From: an archaeon
GTDB lineage: Archaea; Undinarchaeota; Undinarchaeia; Undinarchaeales; JBDRKL01
DNA: 64,000 nt
Assembly: GCA_043814055.1 (NCBI GenBank)
Contig: JBDRKL010000007.1
Span: forward strand, 62,766-126,765
Direction: 5' to 3'
Numbering within the stretch: the stretch's first letter is position 1; each line of letters begins with the position of its first letter. The notes beneath the pieces were generated by a model. It did not search any database and was not told the origin of the DNA. It saw nothing but the letters and a program-made list of their open reading frames with translations. Below, in pieces: positions 18,746 to 29,042 of this stretch. A program made the position numbers and the translations under genes.

Positions 18746-20197
18746 CTAGGATTTAACGTAGTACGAGGACTTTCGCCCAAGGTTGAAATATATTTTTGCA
18801 AGTATTTTTTTCACAAAACTACTGGTCATTATTTTTGAGTGTATGTACTTGCGCGTTACAATATATGCCATTAAAGCGCCGAGCGGGCCGAACCTCTTGA
18901 ACTTGTGTCCAAGGAACTTGCGCTTTATGGCTAGGCTTATGCGTTCGCCCTCCTTGTACAGCTGCTTTCTTTTTTCAATTGAAAGCTCAGGCGTTGAGAA
19001 GCACGGGTCAGAAGACCACTGATGGGTCCGGTTTAGATAATCGCTGGGAGGGGATATTAGACACTTGTCTGCGTTTAGCTGTTCATACATTTCAGTCTGG
19101 GGGAAAGGTGTTGGCATATAAAAATATGCATATGCGACCGGGTATTTCTGGGCGAACCTGAAGGAGTTTCTAACGTGAGTTTCGGTTTCTCCAGGAAGAC
19201 CCAGTATGAAGAACAGGCCAACCTCCATTTCAAGGTCTAGTGCGATCTTTATCGCATTTTCAATGTCCCCCAGCTTTTCACCTTTTTTGACTTTCTTCAG
19301 AATGTCCTCATTTGCGGACTCAACTCCAAACGCAAGCTCATTCACCCCAACTTTTTTTAAGCGCTTTAGCATTTCACGGTCAATGCCGTCTGCGCGCACG
19401 CCGTTTCCAAGGACCAGCAATAAATCAGTGAGGTTTCTTTTCTCTATCTCGTCGCAGATATCATATACGTGCTTCTTGACGAGTGTGAAATTGTCATCAA
19501 TTATGCCAAAGCGCCGGTATCCAAGCCTGTACCAGTATTCCAGCTCATCTACAACATTTTTCCCTGAGCGCATACGGAACTGCTGACCTATGGCAACCTT
19601 GACCGGGCAGAATGTACAGGAGAATGGGCATCCGCGGGAAGTAACGATTGGAATTGTCTTCTCCGGGTATTTGTCAAGGTCAAACTTTTCGTATTTGGGG
19701 AATGGAATTTTGTCCAAGTTAGTTTCAAATGGTCTGTCAGGATTTTCAACTATCTTGTTTCCGTCGCGATAGAGAAAACCCTTTATCTTTTTTAGAGGGG
19801 TGCCTTTGCAAAGTTCCAATAGCGTTGTTTCACCCTCCAGCTTTATTGCGTAGTCAACTGCATCGCATTCAAAAACCTTTTTGCGGAACGTGGATACGTG
19901 AGGGCCGCCAACAACTATCTTCATATTTGGAAATTCTTTTTGGATAGCAGTTAGGATTTCATAAACATGTGCGTAAAGCGGACTCATTATTGACATTGCT
20001 ATTAAATCCGGTTTTGAGCCACGGATTTTTTCAAAAAGAGTTTCAATCTTTGGGTCTATAGACATATCCCATACATCGTGGCTAATTGAGTTCTTTTTCA
20101 AATATTCAGAGAGGTAACCTAAACCTGCACACAAGACTGCTCCGTAATGCCCTTTTCCATAGGCGGGATTGATTAAAAAGACTCGCTTAAATCGCAT
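18746..20197 (-). CDS. B12-binding radical SAM protein
   Basis: GGPHVS, EGE, TSRGCPFSCTFC, DDNF, GVES. Confidence 0.9.
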   Translation of the reverse strand: MRFKRVFLINPAYGKGHYGAVLCAGLGYLSEYLKKNSISHDVWDMSIDPKIETLFEKIRGSKPDLIAMSIMSPLYAHVYEILTAIQKEFPNMKIVVGGPHVSTFRKKVFECDAVDYAIKLEGETTLLELCKGTPLKKIKGFLYRDGNKIVENPDRPFETNLDKIPFPKYEKFDLDKYPEKTIPIVTSRGCPFSCTFCPVKVAIGQQFRMRSGKNVVDELEYWYRLGYRRFGIIDDNFTLVKKHVYDICDEIEKRNLTDLLLVLGNGVRADGIDREMLKRLKKVGVNELAFGVESANEDILKKVKKGEKLGDIENAIKIALDLEMEVGLFFILGLPGETETHVRNSFRFAQKYPVAYAYFYMPTPFPQTEMYEQLNADKCLISPPSDYLNRTHQWSSDPCFSTPELSIEKRKQLYKEGERISLAIKRKFLGHKFKRFGPLGALMAYIVTRKYIHSKIMTSSFVKKILAKIYFNLGRKSSYYVKS

Positions 20198-20326
20198 TAT
20201 GAACTGGTGTATTAATTTACCATATTTATATGTGCTGAATCTTTAATTCGTGCCATTATGAAAGTTTACAATGGGAAAAGTACGAGACATATAGATTTAT
20301 ATAAAAAATAAACAAAGGCAAGGGTT

Positions 20327-21889
20327 ATGGAACTGGAGAAGCGCGACTGGTTGTGGTGCGGAATTATTGTTCTGGCACTCGTTCTGATGTCGGTTTATGT
20401 TAACATACAGGTTAGTGGATTTCTCCAGGGGGATGAGGTTACCGAGGTTCTGGACGGCATATTCATAATGAATTATGTTGGGGATAGTATTGCACAGGGC
20501 AGTTTCATAAATCCGCTGCAGTACGCAACTGACTTCCAGAGCAAGTCATTCGGGCTCACCATCAATAACAGGCCGTTGTACTTTAGGGGGCTTGAAGCCG
20601 TGCTGTTCGGGGCGTTTGGCGTCAATCTGCTGATACCGCGGCTCCTCTCACTGTTTCACGCAATAGGATTCTTTTTGATTTGGTACTTCTGGATAAAGCA
20701 GGAGTATTCGGAAAAAGTTGCGGTGTTTTCAAGCTTTATAATGCTCACGAGCTGGAAGTTCGTTATGTACTCTTGGCGAATAACAATGGAGTTCCCGTAT
20801 CTGTTATTCCTGTTCCTCTCGCTCTTCTTGTTTGTCAAGTATTACAGGAGCAGGGATGAGAAGTATGTTCTTCCGTTCTTTGCCACAGTTTTTCTGGGTC
20901 TGATGACGAAGAATGTTATGCTTTTTCTTTTTCCAATCATTGCACTATATCTTATTATTAGATGGAGGTTCAGGATTAATAAGGAGAAGCTTTGCGATTT
21001 GAAGAATTTGGTTTTTAAAAAGAGGTTTGTCTTTTTTGGGATTTTGACTGGCGCTCTCGCAGTGCCGTGGTACTTCCTGAGCATTACGACGAGCTCAACT
21101 GTGCAGGGGCTTGTTAACGATGGGGTGCGCTCGTTCAATCCGCTGACTTATTTAATATTAATAGTAAAAGAAGAGCCGATTATACTTGTAGGGTTCTTGG
21201 TCTATGTTTTGTTCTTCCTGTTCTATAGAAGGGCAGATGCAACAACCTGGGAGCGGGACGCTCCGTATCTCGCAGCACTTGTTGTTTTCTATACAGTTCT
21301 TAGTGCAATGGGATGGAAGCACTTCAGGTACATAGCGATAATCTATCCGGTGTTTGCGCTGTTTACAGGAGTTGTGCTTGCAAATTTAAGAAAAATTGGC
21401 TATGCTGTTTTTGCCTTGATACTTCTATTTAACGTATTCCTGTTTGTTGGATATATGCAAACGCCTGCTGTTGGAGGAACATATGAAGAATTCAATGCGA
21501 ACTTAAAGCCAGGAGTGTTTGAGGTGCAGGGCATTCAAGATGTTCCTGACAAATGGGGTGAGGTTGCTGAATTTATGGCAGAAGTTGAGCCGCAGGGCAA
21601 CGTGCTTTATGCAGGGTATCCTGGGAATTTCCTTTATAGCTATCACATAAACATGCTTGGCCGGCCCGAGGTGCGGCTTGTGAGGGACCATCCAAGCGAC
21701 GTGGCGCAGTTTGACACAGTTGAAGATGTGGTTGAGCATTATGATATTGAGTATATAGTATATGACACTGAATTGGACCTTTCATACCACTGGGCTAAAA
21801 TTCTCCCATTGGTTGGGGATGAGCTTGCGAAGGACAGGTATGAGAAGATTGGCGATGTGAACAAGGTTGAAGTGTACAGGATAAAATAA
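20327..21889 (+). CDS. GT-C fold (ArnT/PMT-like) glycosyltransferase
   Basis: DE motif after TM1 (QGDE), multiple TMs, RY motif, extracellular C-terminal domain. Confidence 0.7.
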   Translation: MELEKRDWLWCGIIVLALVLMSVYVNIQVSGFLQGDEVTEVLDGIFIMNYVGDSIAQGSFINPLQYATDFQSKSFGLTINNRPLYFRGLEAVLFGAFGVNLLIPRLLSLFHAIGFFLIWYFWIKQEYSEKVAVFSSFIMLTSWKFVMYSWRITMEFPYLLFLFLSLFLFVKYYRSRDEKYVLPFFATVFLGLMTKNVMLFLFPIIALYLIIRWRFRINKEKLCDLKNLVFKKRFVFFGILTGALAVPWYFLSITTSSTVQGLVNDGVRSFNPLTYLILIVKEEPIILVGFLVYVLFFLFYRRADATTWERDAPYLAALVVFYTVLSAMGWKHFRYIAIIYPVFALFTGVVLANLRKIGYAVFALILLFNVFLFVGYMQTPAVGGTYEEFNANLKPGVFEVQGIQDVPDKWGEVAEFMAEVEPQGNVLYAGYPGNFLYSYHINMLGRPEVRLVRDHPSDVAQFDTVEDVVEHYDIEYIVYDTELDLSYHWAKILPLVGDELAKDRYEKIGDVNKVEVYRIK

Positions 21890-21898
21890 ATAGGTAAA

Positions 21899-24385
21899 GT
21901 GCATATAAGAACAGAGATGATAAAGAAAATGTGGGATTTTGTATTTGGAAGGGCTAGAGAACCCTCTATGTTTGTCATTATAGGCGGGCTTAGCACGATT
22001 GTGAATTATGGTCTTTTTGCCTTGCTTTTTACGCTTGTGGGGGTTCATTACTTGTTTGCCGCCGGGGTTGGCTATGTTTCGGGGGTTATGTTCAGTTATG
22101 CTTTCAATACAAAGTACACGTTCAGGAAAAAAATTGGAAAAACAGTATTCACATACTTTTTGTCTTATGGTGTGACGCTTGTGATGAGCTTAAGCTTGCT
22201 GATGTTCCTGAAAGTCTCGCTCGGCATAGATCCGCTTATAGGCAATATCTTGACTATTGGCTGCATAACTTTTGTCAATTTTGCCTCGTGCAAGTTTTTG
22301 GTTTTCAATGAGAAGCTTAAAGTTCCAAAGATTTTTAAGAGCAGAATTTTCTTGTCAGTTCTTGGGCTAAAAATTATAGCATCTTTTGTGTTCACCTCTG
22401 ATGTGATTATGACGCTGTTCATCCCATTTGTGACCAGTTTTGTTTCAAATCCTCTTGCAAATCCTTATTCAGAATTTGCCGTTATTAATTCAAAGGCATT
22501 TCCATATCCGCCGTTTATGCTTGCGGTGTTCAGCCTTCCGTATGTTTTCTTTGGATTGGCAGCTGTAAAAAGTATGACGATAACGATATTTTTGATTAAG
22601 CTTCCACTGCTCCTTGCGGACATCGGAGTGTTCTACATACTCTACAAGCTTTTTGAGAATAAAGAGAAATACATAACTTATCTGTACTGGTGCTCGCCGA
22701 TAATATTCTACGTGAACTACATACACGGGCAGCTGGACATAGTGCCGATAGCTCTGCTCCTTGCCTCGATGTATTTCCTCACGAAAAACAAGTTTAGCCG
22801 CTCAGCTATTTTCTTAGGCCTTAGCATAGCAACAAAGTCCAATGTATTTGTTGTAATTCCAATAATATTCCTTTACCTGTTGAAGAAACGGAAGGGGGTT
22901 CTTGACTCAATTGATATAGCAAAGTATTTCCTGATTTCGCTTGGGATTTACGCTGTTTTTGTGCTGGCGTTCTTATCTCCTGGCTTCATAAAGATGGTTT
23001 TTCTCGCGCCGGACCAGGCAAGGTTCTTGTACCTCGGCGTGAACTTCCCAGAAGGTCTTGTGTTTTACGTGATACCTGCGCTATACCTCTACCTCATTTT
23101 CAAGACCTGGAGCTTTAAGCGAGTGACAAAGGACATACTGTTCATGGTGACTGGAGTCACGTTCACTCTGCTCGTGACTCTTCTTTATCCGCTTCAGGGG
23201 TGGTACGTATGGTGCATACCATTCATAGTTTATTTCTTCATAAAAGAAAAGAAACTTGATCCGTGGATATACATTTCATTCAACGCCGCGTACCTCCTTT
23301 ACTTTGCACTCATACCTGCCTCTGACATATTCAACGTGTTCCAGAGGATTTCTCCTGCAATAGCTTCAATGCCAACGCCTTATGTGATTCTTCAAAGTTA
23401 TGGAATAAATGCAGTTCTTGTGCAGGGTTTGGCGTTTACAGCATTGACATCTGCCTTGCTCTACACTGGGTATAAGATATACGTGTATGGAGTCAAGAAC
23501 AGCCTCATATTCCAGGAGAAGAACGGCATACCTGCGATAGGAATTTGCGGAGACTCTGGAACAGGCAAGACTCTGCTTGCTGAGGATATTTCAAATTTCT
23601 TTGGAGTGGACAACACCACAGTAGTTCATGGAGATGATATTCATAAGTGGGAGCGGCACGACGAGAACTGGAAAAAATACACGCATCTAAATCCAATAAG
23701 CAATAAAATACGGTTCAATTATGAGCAGATGAACGCGCTCAAGCAGGGCGTTGAAGTGCAGCGCGCGAGTTATGACCACGACACAGGTTCTTTCACAGAG
23801 GGCCACGCGGTACTTCCAAAGAATCTTTTGATTTCAGAGGGGCTGCACACCTTCTTCCTTAATGATGAAAACCAGGTATATGAGCTCAAAATCTACTTGA
23901 AGCCGGACGAAACCATAAGGAGAAAATGGAAAGTAGAGAGAGACACAAAAAAGAGGGCGCACAGCAAGAAGAATGTGCTTGCACAGCTAAAGGCAAGGGA
24001 GCAGGATGCTGCGAAGTACATAACACCGCAGGAAGAAAAGGCTGATGTGATTATTTCTTACAAAAAGGATGGAGTTGAGGTTGATGTCAGGACAGATATA
24101 CAAATGGATGTATTCATAGAGAGGATTAGGGACATAAGAAGTTTAAGCTGTGAACTTGAGTATCCGAATGACAAATTCCTGCGAATGCGGCTTGGCGGTG
24201 AAATAAGGAGAGGGGATGTTGAAAAACTTATTGAGGGCTTTGAGGTTGAGCAGGACGATTATGAGATAGACAGACAAAAAATAAAAGACGGCTATGATGG
24301 GCTTATGCAGGCACTAGTTTTGTACTTGCTTAACGAAAAGCTCAGGAAACTGGTGGGAAAAGACTCTAATGGACGAAACATTTGA
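21899..24385 (+). CDS. Fusion of GtrA-like flippase domain, GT-C membrane glycosyltransferase and phosphoribulokinase/uridine kinase-like domain
   Basis: N-term GGLSTIVNY..SYAFN..YTF (GtrA); middle FPYPP, KLPLLLAD, GQLD; C-term GDSGTGKT, YDHDTG, EGLH, WKVERD; start may be ATG 21917 or 21929. Confidence 0.75.
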   Translation: MHIRTEMIKKMWDFVFGRAREPSMFVIIGGLSTIVNYGLFALLFTLVGVHYLFAAGVGYVSGVMFSYAFNTKYTFRKKIGKTVFTYFLSYGVTLVMSLSLLMFLKVSLGIDPLIGNILTIGCITFVNFASCKFLVFNEKLKVPKIFKSRIFLSVLGLKIIASFVFTSDVIMTLFIPFVTSFVSNPLANPYSEFAVINSKAFPYPPFMLAVFSLPYVFFGLAAVKSMTITIFLIKLPLLLADIGVFYILYKLFENKEKYITYLYWCSPIIFYVNYIHGQLDIVPIALLLASMYFLTKNKFSRSAIFLGLSIATKSNVFVVIPIIFLYLLKKRKGVLDSIDIAKYFLISLGIYAVFVLAFLSPGFIKMVFLAPDQARFLYLGVNFPEGLVFYVIPALYLYLIFKTWSFKRVTKDILFMVTGVTFTLLVTLLYPLQGWYVWCIPFIVYFFIKEKKLDPWIYISFNAAYLLYFALIPASDIFNVFQRISPAIASMPTPYVILQSYGINAVLVQGLAFTALTSALLYTGYKIYVYGVKNSLIFQEKNGIPAIGICGDSGTGKTLLAEDISNFFGVDNTTVVHGDDIHKWERHDENWKKYTHLNPISNKIRFNYEQMNALKQGVEVQRASYDHDTGSFTEGHAVLPKNLLISEGLHTFFLNDENQVYELKIYLKPDETIRRKWKVERDTKKRAHSKKNVLAQLKAREQDAAKYITPQEEKADVIISYKKDGVEVDVRTDIQMDVFIERIRDIRSLSCELEYPNDKFLRMRLGGEIRRGDVEKLIEGFEVEQDDYEIDRQKIKDGYDGLMQALVLYLLNEKLRKLVGKDSNGRNI

Positions 24386-25283
24386 GGAGTTCGTGGAACT
24401 CTGCGACATTGTAGGCAATGATGCTCAGCTCACTCAGGGCTCTGGCGGCAACATCTCTGTAAAGGATGGGGGTGAGATGTACATCAAGGCATCAGGTTTT
24501 CTTATAAAAGATGTTAACAAAGACACTGGTTTTGTAAAGGTTGACTACAAAAAGCTTGTCAGCTTGCTTGAAGCAGGAAAAGAGGTTGGCAGCAGGGAAG
24601 TTTTGGATGCAAAGATTAGCGAGGGTGAACTGCGGCCTTCAATGGAAACTAATTTTCACGCATTTTTAAAAAAGTATGTTGTACATCATCACTCTGTGAA
24701 TGTCAATGTGCTTGGATGTTTGAAGAATGCAGAGAAGCATTTGGATGCGGCGCTTGGTGATGATTTTGCGTTTGTAGGGTATGAAACTCCAGGCGGCGCT
24801 CTTGCGAGGAAAGTTTGGGAGAGTGATTATGAAAAAGAAATTATTGTGCTACAGAATCATGGAATAATATTGCACGGAGATGATTTTGGAGAAGTAAAGA
24901 AAAAAATAAAAAACGTTGAGTCAAGAGTGAAAAAATACCTGAGAGAGAATATTGAAGGTTTTGAAGAGTATTCGTACAAATCGCTTGAGAAGATTGTGGG
25001 CGGGTTTGTAGGAGCCCCTGAAGAACTGCTTGAAGAGGTAAAGAAAGGATACATATTTCCGGATGATGTTGTTTTTCTGCACGGGAAAAAGATTGAGGTA
25101 GAGAACGGCCGGGTAAAATATGAAGGTGATTTAAAAGAGGCGACAAATGTGGATGAGACCCTGCAGGCGAATCATTTTGTACTCTCCAATGCTGAGAAGC
25201 TTGGTGAGGTCAGGTATTTGACTGAGGCTGAAGTTAATATAATTGTAAATCTTGACGAGGAAAAGTACAGGAGAAAAAATTGA
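24369..25283 (+). CDS. Class II aldolase/adducin family protein
   Basis: GSGGNISVK, IKASG, RPSMET.FH, HHHS, LQNHG. Confidence 0.85.
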   Translation: MDETFEEFVELCDIVGNDAQLTQGSGGNISVKDGGEMYIKASGFLIKDVNKDTGFVKVDYKKLVSLLEAGKEVGSREVLDAKISEGELRPSMETNFHAFLKKYVVHHHSVNVNVLGCLKNAEKHLDAALGDDFAFVGYETPGGALARKVWESDYEKEIIVLQNHGIILHGDDFGEVKKKIKNVESRVKKYLRENIEGFEEYSYKSLEKIVGGFVGAPEELLEEVKKGYIFPDDVVFLHGKKIEVENGRVKYEGDLKEATNVDETLQANHFVLSNAEKLGEVRYLTEAEVNIIVNLDEEKYRRKN

Positions 25284-26161
25284 AAATAGTAATACCGATG
25301 TCAGGAGCAGGGACAAGATTTGTTAAGGCCGGGTATGAGGAGCCGAAGTCGCTGCTCATGGTAGACGGCAAGCCGATAATAGAGCACATAGTTGATATGT
25401 TTCCAGGCGAGGACGATTTCATATTTATTTGCAATCCAGAGCACTTGGAAAAGACAAATTTGAGAGAAGTTCTTGAAAGGATTAAACCGACTGGGAAAAT
25501 AATTGAGGGCGAGAAGCACAAGAAAGGCCCGGTTTACACTGTGCTTCCGTTTTTGGACGAGATAGGTGATGATGAACAGGTTATTGTTAATTACTGCGAC
25601 TTTGGATGGGACTGGGATTATGAGGATTTCAAGAGGAAAATGGAGGAGACCAAGTGCGACGGATGCGTTGTGGCTTACAAGGGATACCACCCGCATCACT
25701 TTGGAGACACTTATTATGGATATATGAGATGGGACGAGAATAATTACATGCTTGAAATCCGAGAAAAAGAGCCCTTCACAAACAATAGACAAGAAGAGTA
25801 TGCGTCTTCAGGGACTTATTATTTCAGAAAAGGGGAATTTTTGAAAAAATACTTCAAGGAAGTTGTGGACAAGGACATAAACAAGTATGGAGAGTACTTC
25901 GCGAGCCTTCCATACAATCCAATGGTGCGAGATGGTTTGAAAGTTTACATTTATGAGATTCCGGTTTTCCTGCAGTGGGGCACCCCGCAGGATTTGGAAG
26001 AGTACGAAGCGTGGTCCAGGCATTTCTTGGGAGAGGATAAAGGAAAGACTAGCGAGCCAAAGGGAAGAAAAGTTGATTATGAAATAAAACTTGAGCCAGG
26101 GTCAGAAGAGTACAAAGAAGCAGAAGCATACTGGGCGAAATATTTTGAGGGTAAAAAATAA
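25280..26161 (+). CDS. Sugar-phosphate nucleotidyltransferase-like protein
   Basis: IPMSGAGTRF..GY..PK, YCD, WGTPQDL; TTG start. Confidence 0.8.
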   Translation: MKIVIPMSGAGTRFVKAGYEEPKSLLMVDGKPIIEHIVDMFPGEDDFIFICNPEHLEKTNLREVLERIKPTGKIIEGEKHKKGPVYTVLPFLDEIGDDEQVIVNYCDFGWDWDYEDFKRKMEETKCDGCVVAYKGYHPHHFGDTYYGYMRWDENNYMLEIREKEPFTNNRQEEYASSGTYYFRKGEFLKKYFKEVVDKDINKYGEYFASLPYNPMVRDGLKVYIYEIPVFLQWGTPQDLEEYEAWSRHFLGEDKGKTSEPKGRKVDYEIKLEPGSEEYKEAEAYWAKYFEGKK

Positions 26162-26235
26162 TGGCAGTTGGAAGCTTCCAAAAATATATCAGCTCCCAAC
26201 TACATTTAACTCACAAAAGGCAGGGAAGTTAAATG
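26161..26235 (+). repeat. Start-codon dumbbell element (72 nt) with AATGGCA duplication
   Basis: ATG[G]CAGTTGGAAGCT/AGCTCCCAACTACAT plus ATTTAACT/AGTTAAAT; 23-aa mini-ORF 26161-26232 ending TAA ATG. Confidence 0.8.
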
Positions 26236-27036
26236 GCAAATATAATTCCAATGGCAGGAGAAGGAACAAGATTTGTTGAGGCAGGGTACGACTTGCCCAA
26301 GCCACTTATTCCGGTTTCTGGAAAACCCATGATACTCCGGGTTGTTGAAAACCTTCCTGAAACTGATAAATGGATTTTTCTTGTGCGAAAGGAGCATATT
26401 GATGAGCACGAAATTGACAAAATTTTAAAAGATAATGTTCCGGGCGCGATTATTGTTCCAGTTGAGGAAACTACAGAGGGGCAGGCAAGCACGTGCATGC
26501 TCGCGATGCCGCACCTTGAGCCCGATGAGCCCATGTTCATTGCTTCGTGTGATAATTCTTTCTTGTACGACAAGAAGAAGTATGTTGAACTTACGCAAGA
26601 TGAAAGCGTGGATGCAATTATTTGGACATTCACGCAGAGCGAATTGCTCAGGGAAAAGCCGGAGAGCTGGGGGTGGGTTGTTCTTGGAGAAAAGAATGAG
26701 GTGAAGGACATGTCAGTAAAGACCCCAGTTTCTGACAACCCTTTTAATGACCATGCGGTTGTGGGGACGTTTTACTTTAAGCGCGCTGGAGACTTTGAAG
26801 CAGCGTACAACATGATGGTTGAAGAGAAGTTCAGGGTAAATAACGAGTTTTATGTTGACTCCATCCCAAAGTTCTACAATAAGATGGGCAAGAAGAGCAT
26901 TATTTTTGATGTTGAGCTGTATGTTGGCTGGGGGAAGCCTAAGGATTTGAAAGAGTATGAAAAAATAGAATTAGAGAAAGACAAACCTTTAATATGGAAG
27001 AGGTACTTTGAACAATTGGAGGATTTGAATGGCTAA
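26233..27036 (+). CDS. Sugar-phosphate nucleotidyltransferase-like protein (paralog of the upstream gene)
   Basis: IPMAGEGTRF..GY..PKP, GQAST, SCD, WGKPKDL. Confidence 0.8.
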   Translation: MANIIPMAGEGTRFVEAGYDLPKPLIPVSGKPMILRVVENLPETDKWIFLVRKEHIDEHEIDKILKDNVPGAIIVPVEETTEGQASTCMLAMPHLEPDEPMFIASCDNSFLYDKKKYVELTQDESVDAIIWTFTQSELLREKPESWGWVVLGEKNEVKDMSVKTPVSDNPFNDHAVVGTFYFKRAGDFEAAYNMMVEEKFRVNNEFYVDSIPKFYNKMGKKSIIFDVELYVGWGKPKDLKEYEKIELEKDKPLIWKRYFEQLEDLNG

Positions 27037-27757
27037 ACAAAAAAAAGATGTGTTAAAACTGGCCAAGTCAGTTTTTATATTTCAGGACGTGTTGTCGTGG
27101 CTAGACACGAAAGTGCCAGTTGTGCTTGAACACAACCTGCAAAAGTATTCAGCGATAAAAAAGACATTTTACATGACCGCACTTGAGGAATTGGACGGTG
27201 ATTATTATGAATTCGGTGTGTTTACAGGTAGCTCGTTTGTGTGCGCAATGAGGGCGCACAGAAAACTGAAGAATTTAGGAGAGATAAAAACAAAATTCTT
27301 TGGCTTTGACTCGTTCACCGGCTTTGGAGATATTGCAAAAGAGGATGAACACGGATTTTATCAGAGCAATATATTTACAATAAATGAAAAAAAAGTGTTA
27401 AGGTATATCAGAAAACGGGCAAAGGGACTGAAGTACAGTATAATCAAAGGGTATTTTGAAGATACCTTGAAGGGAAAAACCTGTGTAGCACTTAGCAAAG
27501 ATAAGGCGCGAATTGTGTTTATTGACTGTGATTTGAAAAAGCCAACTGAGCTCGCGCTCAACTATGTAAAGCCTGCTTTGCAACAAGGAACTATGGTAAT
27601 TATGGATGATTTCTACTCATATAAAGGAAGTTCGAAGAAAGGCGTTGCAGGGGCTTTCTTTGAGTTCTGTGACAGAAACACGAAGATAAAGTTCAGGCGA
27701 GTGTTTGACTATGGAATGGGGGGAGTTGGCTACGTAGTTTCTGAGATTAAAAAATGA
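27029..27757 (+). CDS. TylF/MycF-family O-methyltransferase
   Basis: GDYYEFGVFTG, FGFDSFTG, KGYFEDTL, IDCD, DDF. Confidence 0.82.
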   Translation: MAKQKKDVLKLAKSVFIFQDVLSWLDTKVPVVLEHNLQKYSAIKKTFYMTALEELDGDYYEFGVFTGSSFVCAMRAHRKLKNLGEIKTKFFGFDSFTGFGDIAKEDEHGFYQSNIFTINEKKVLRYIRKRAKGLKYSIIKGYFEDTLKGKTCVALSKDKARIVFIDCDLKKPTELALNYVKPALQQGTMVIMDDFYSYKGSSKKGVAGAFFEFCDRNTKIKFRRVFDYGMGGVGYVVSEIKK

Positions 27758-28464
27758 AACCAAAACTTTCAATCGTCGTGCCATGCTACGATGAAGAAAA
27801 GAACATACCGCTCATTTTGGATAGATTCAAGAGTGTCATAAAGACAAAGGATGTTGAACTTATTTTGGTTGACAATGGTTCGAATGATAATACTCCACAG
27901 GTCTTGAAAAAGCTTCTGCCAAAGTATAAATTCGCGCGGTCTGTTAGGGTTAAGAAAAATATTGGATATGGCTGGGGTATATTTTCAGGATTGAAATCTG
28001 CAAAGGGTGAGTTCCTTGCGTGGACTCATGCAGATATGCAGACAGATCCAAAAGATGTTATTACTGCATTCACATTCATCAAGAAGCAGGAGAACCCTGA
28101 AATGACTTATGTCAAGGGTAGAAGAAGAGAACGTCCGCTGTTTGATGGGGCGTTTACCTTGGGAATGAGCATAGCAACAACTTTGCTCCTTGGAAAGTTT
28201 ATGAGCGATATAAATGCTCAGCCAAATGTATTCCACAGAGAATTCTTTAATCTGCTTAGAAAAAAGCCTCCAACGGATTTCTCATTTGATACTTATGCGT
28301 ATTATCTTGCAAAGAAGAATGGGTATAAAGTTGTGAAAATTCCAGTTTATTTCAAAAAAAGAATTCATGGAGAGTCACACTGGAATGTGAGCTTCGGCGC
28401 GAAGTGGAAGTTCATCAAGCGCACAGGGAAATTCATAATGATGCTTAGGAGAGAATACAAATGA
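27754..28464 (+). CDS. GT2 glycosyltransferase (polyprenol-phosphate sugar synthase-like)
   Basis: VPCYDEE, VDNGS, NIGYG, HADMQ, RIHGES. Confidence 0.85.
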   Translation: MKPKLSIVVPCYDEEKNIPLILDRFKSVIKTKDVELILVDNGSNDNTPQVLKKLLPKYKFARSVRVKKNIGYGWGIFSGLKSAKGEFLAWTHADMQTDPKDVITAFTFIKKQENPEMTYVKGRRRERPLFDGAFTLGMSIATTLLLGKFMSDINAQPNVFHREFFNLLRKKPPTDFSFDTYAYYLAKKNGYKVVKIPVYFKKRIHGESHWNVSFGAKWKFIKRTGKFIMMLRREYK

Positions 28465-29042
28465 TGCTCATAATGCACCGCGTGAACACAATTGAAGGGC
28501 TTAAGAACGTTTCGGCCGAGTACGGGGTTGAAGTGGATGTAAGAACTGATGGGAACAAGCTGATTTTAAACCACGAGCCAATGGAAGGCGGTGACGAGCT
28601 TGAGGAATACTTGAAAGAGTACAAACACAAATTCATAATATTCAATATAAAAGAAGCTGGGATTGAGGATAAGGTTAGGGCGCTTGCTGAAAAATATAAG
28701 GTAAAAGATTACTTTCTGCTTGATGTGGAATTCCCATATATCTACAAGGCGGCGCGGAGTGGTGTGAAAAACATTGCAATACGATTCTCAGAGGATGAGC
28801 CTATTGAGGCTGCGCTCGAGTACAGGGGGAAAGTTGATTGGGTGTGGATTGATACTAACACTAAATTGCCGCTTGATGCTGATGTTGTTGAAAAGCTTAA
28901 AGGGTTTAAAACATGCCTTGTTTGCCCGAGCAGGTGGGGAAGGCCAGAAGATATAAAGGAGTATAAAGAGAAAATAAGCGAGCTTGGGATTAAACTTGAT
29001 GCTGTTATGACTGAAGAAAAATATGTAGGAGATTGGAAATGA
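28461..29042 (+). CDS. GDPD/PLC-like phosphodiesterase TIM-barrel protein
   Basis: HRVN, GVEVDVR, HEP, NIKE, WVWID. Confidence 0.65.
   Translation: MMLIMHRVNTIEGLKNVSAEYGVEVDVRTDGNKLILNHEPMEGGDELEEYLKEYKHKFIIFNIKEAGIEDKVRALAEKYKVKDYFLLDVEFPYIYKAARSGVKNIAIRFSEDEPIEAALEYRGKVDWVWIDTNTKLPLDADVVEKLKGFKTCLVCPSRWGRPEDIKEYKEKISELGIKLDAVMTEEKYVGDWK

Noticed and set aside
23520-24385. PRK domain as evidence for a Calvin or RHP carbon-fixation pathway
   Set aside because: It is fused to membrane glycosylation domains and no RuBisCO is in the window; the context points to glycan precursor synthesis.
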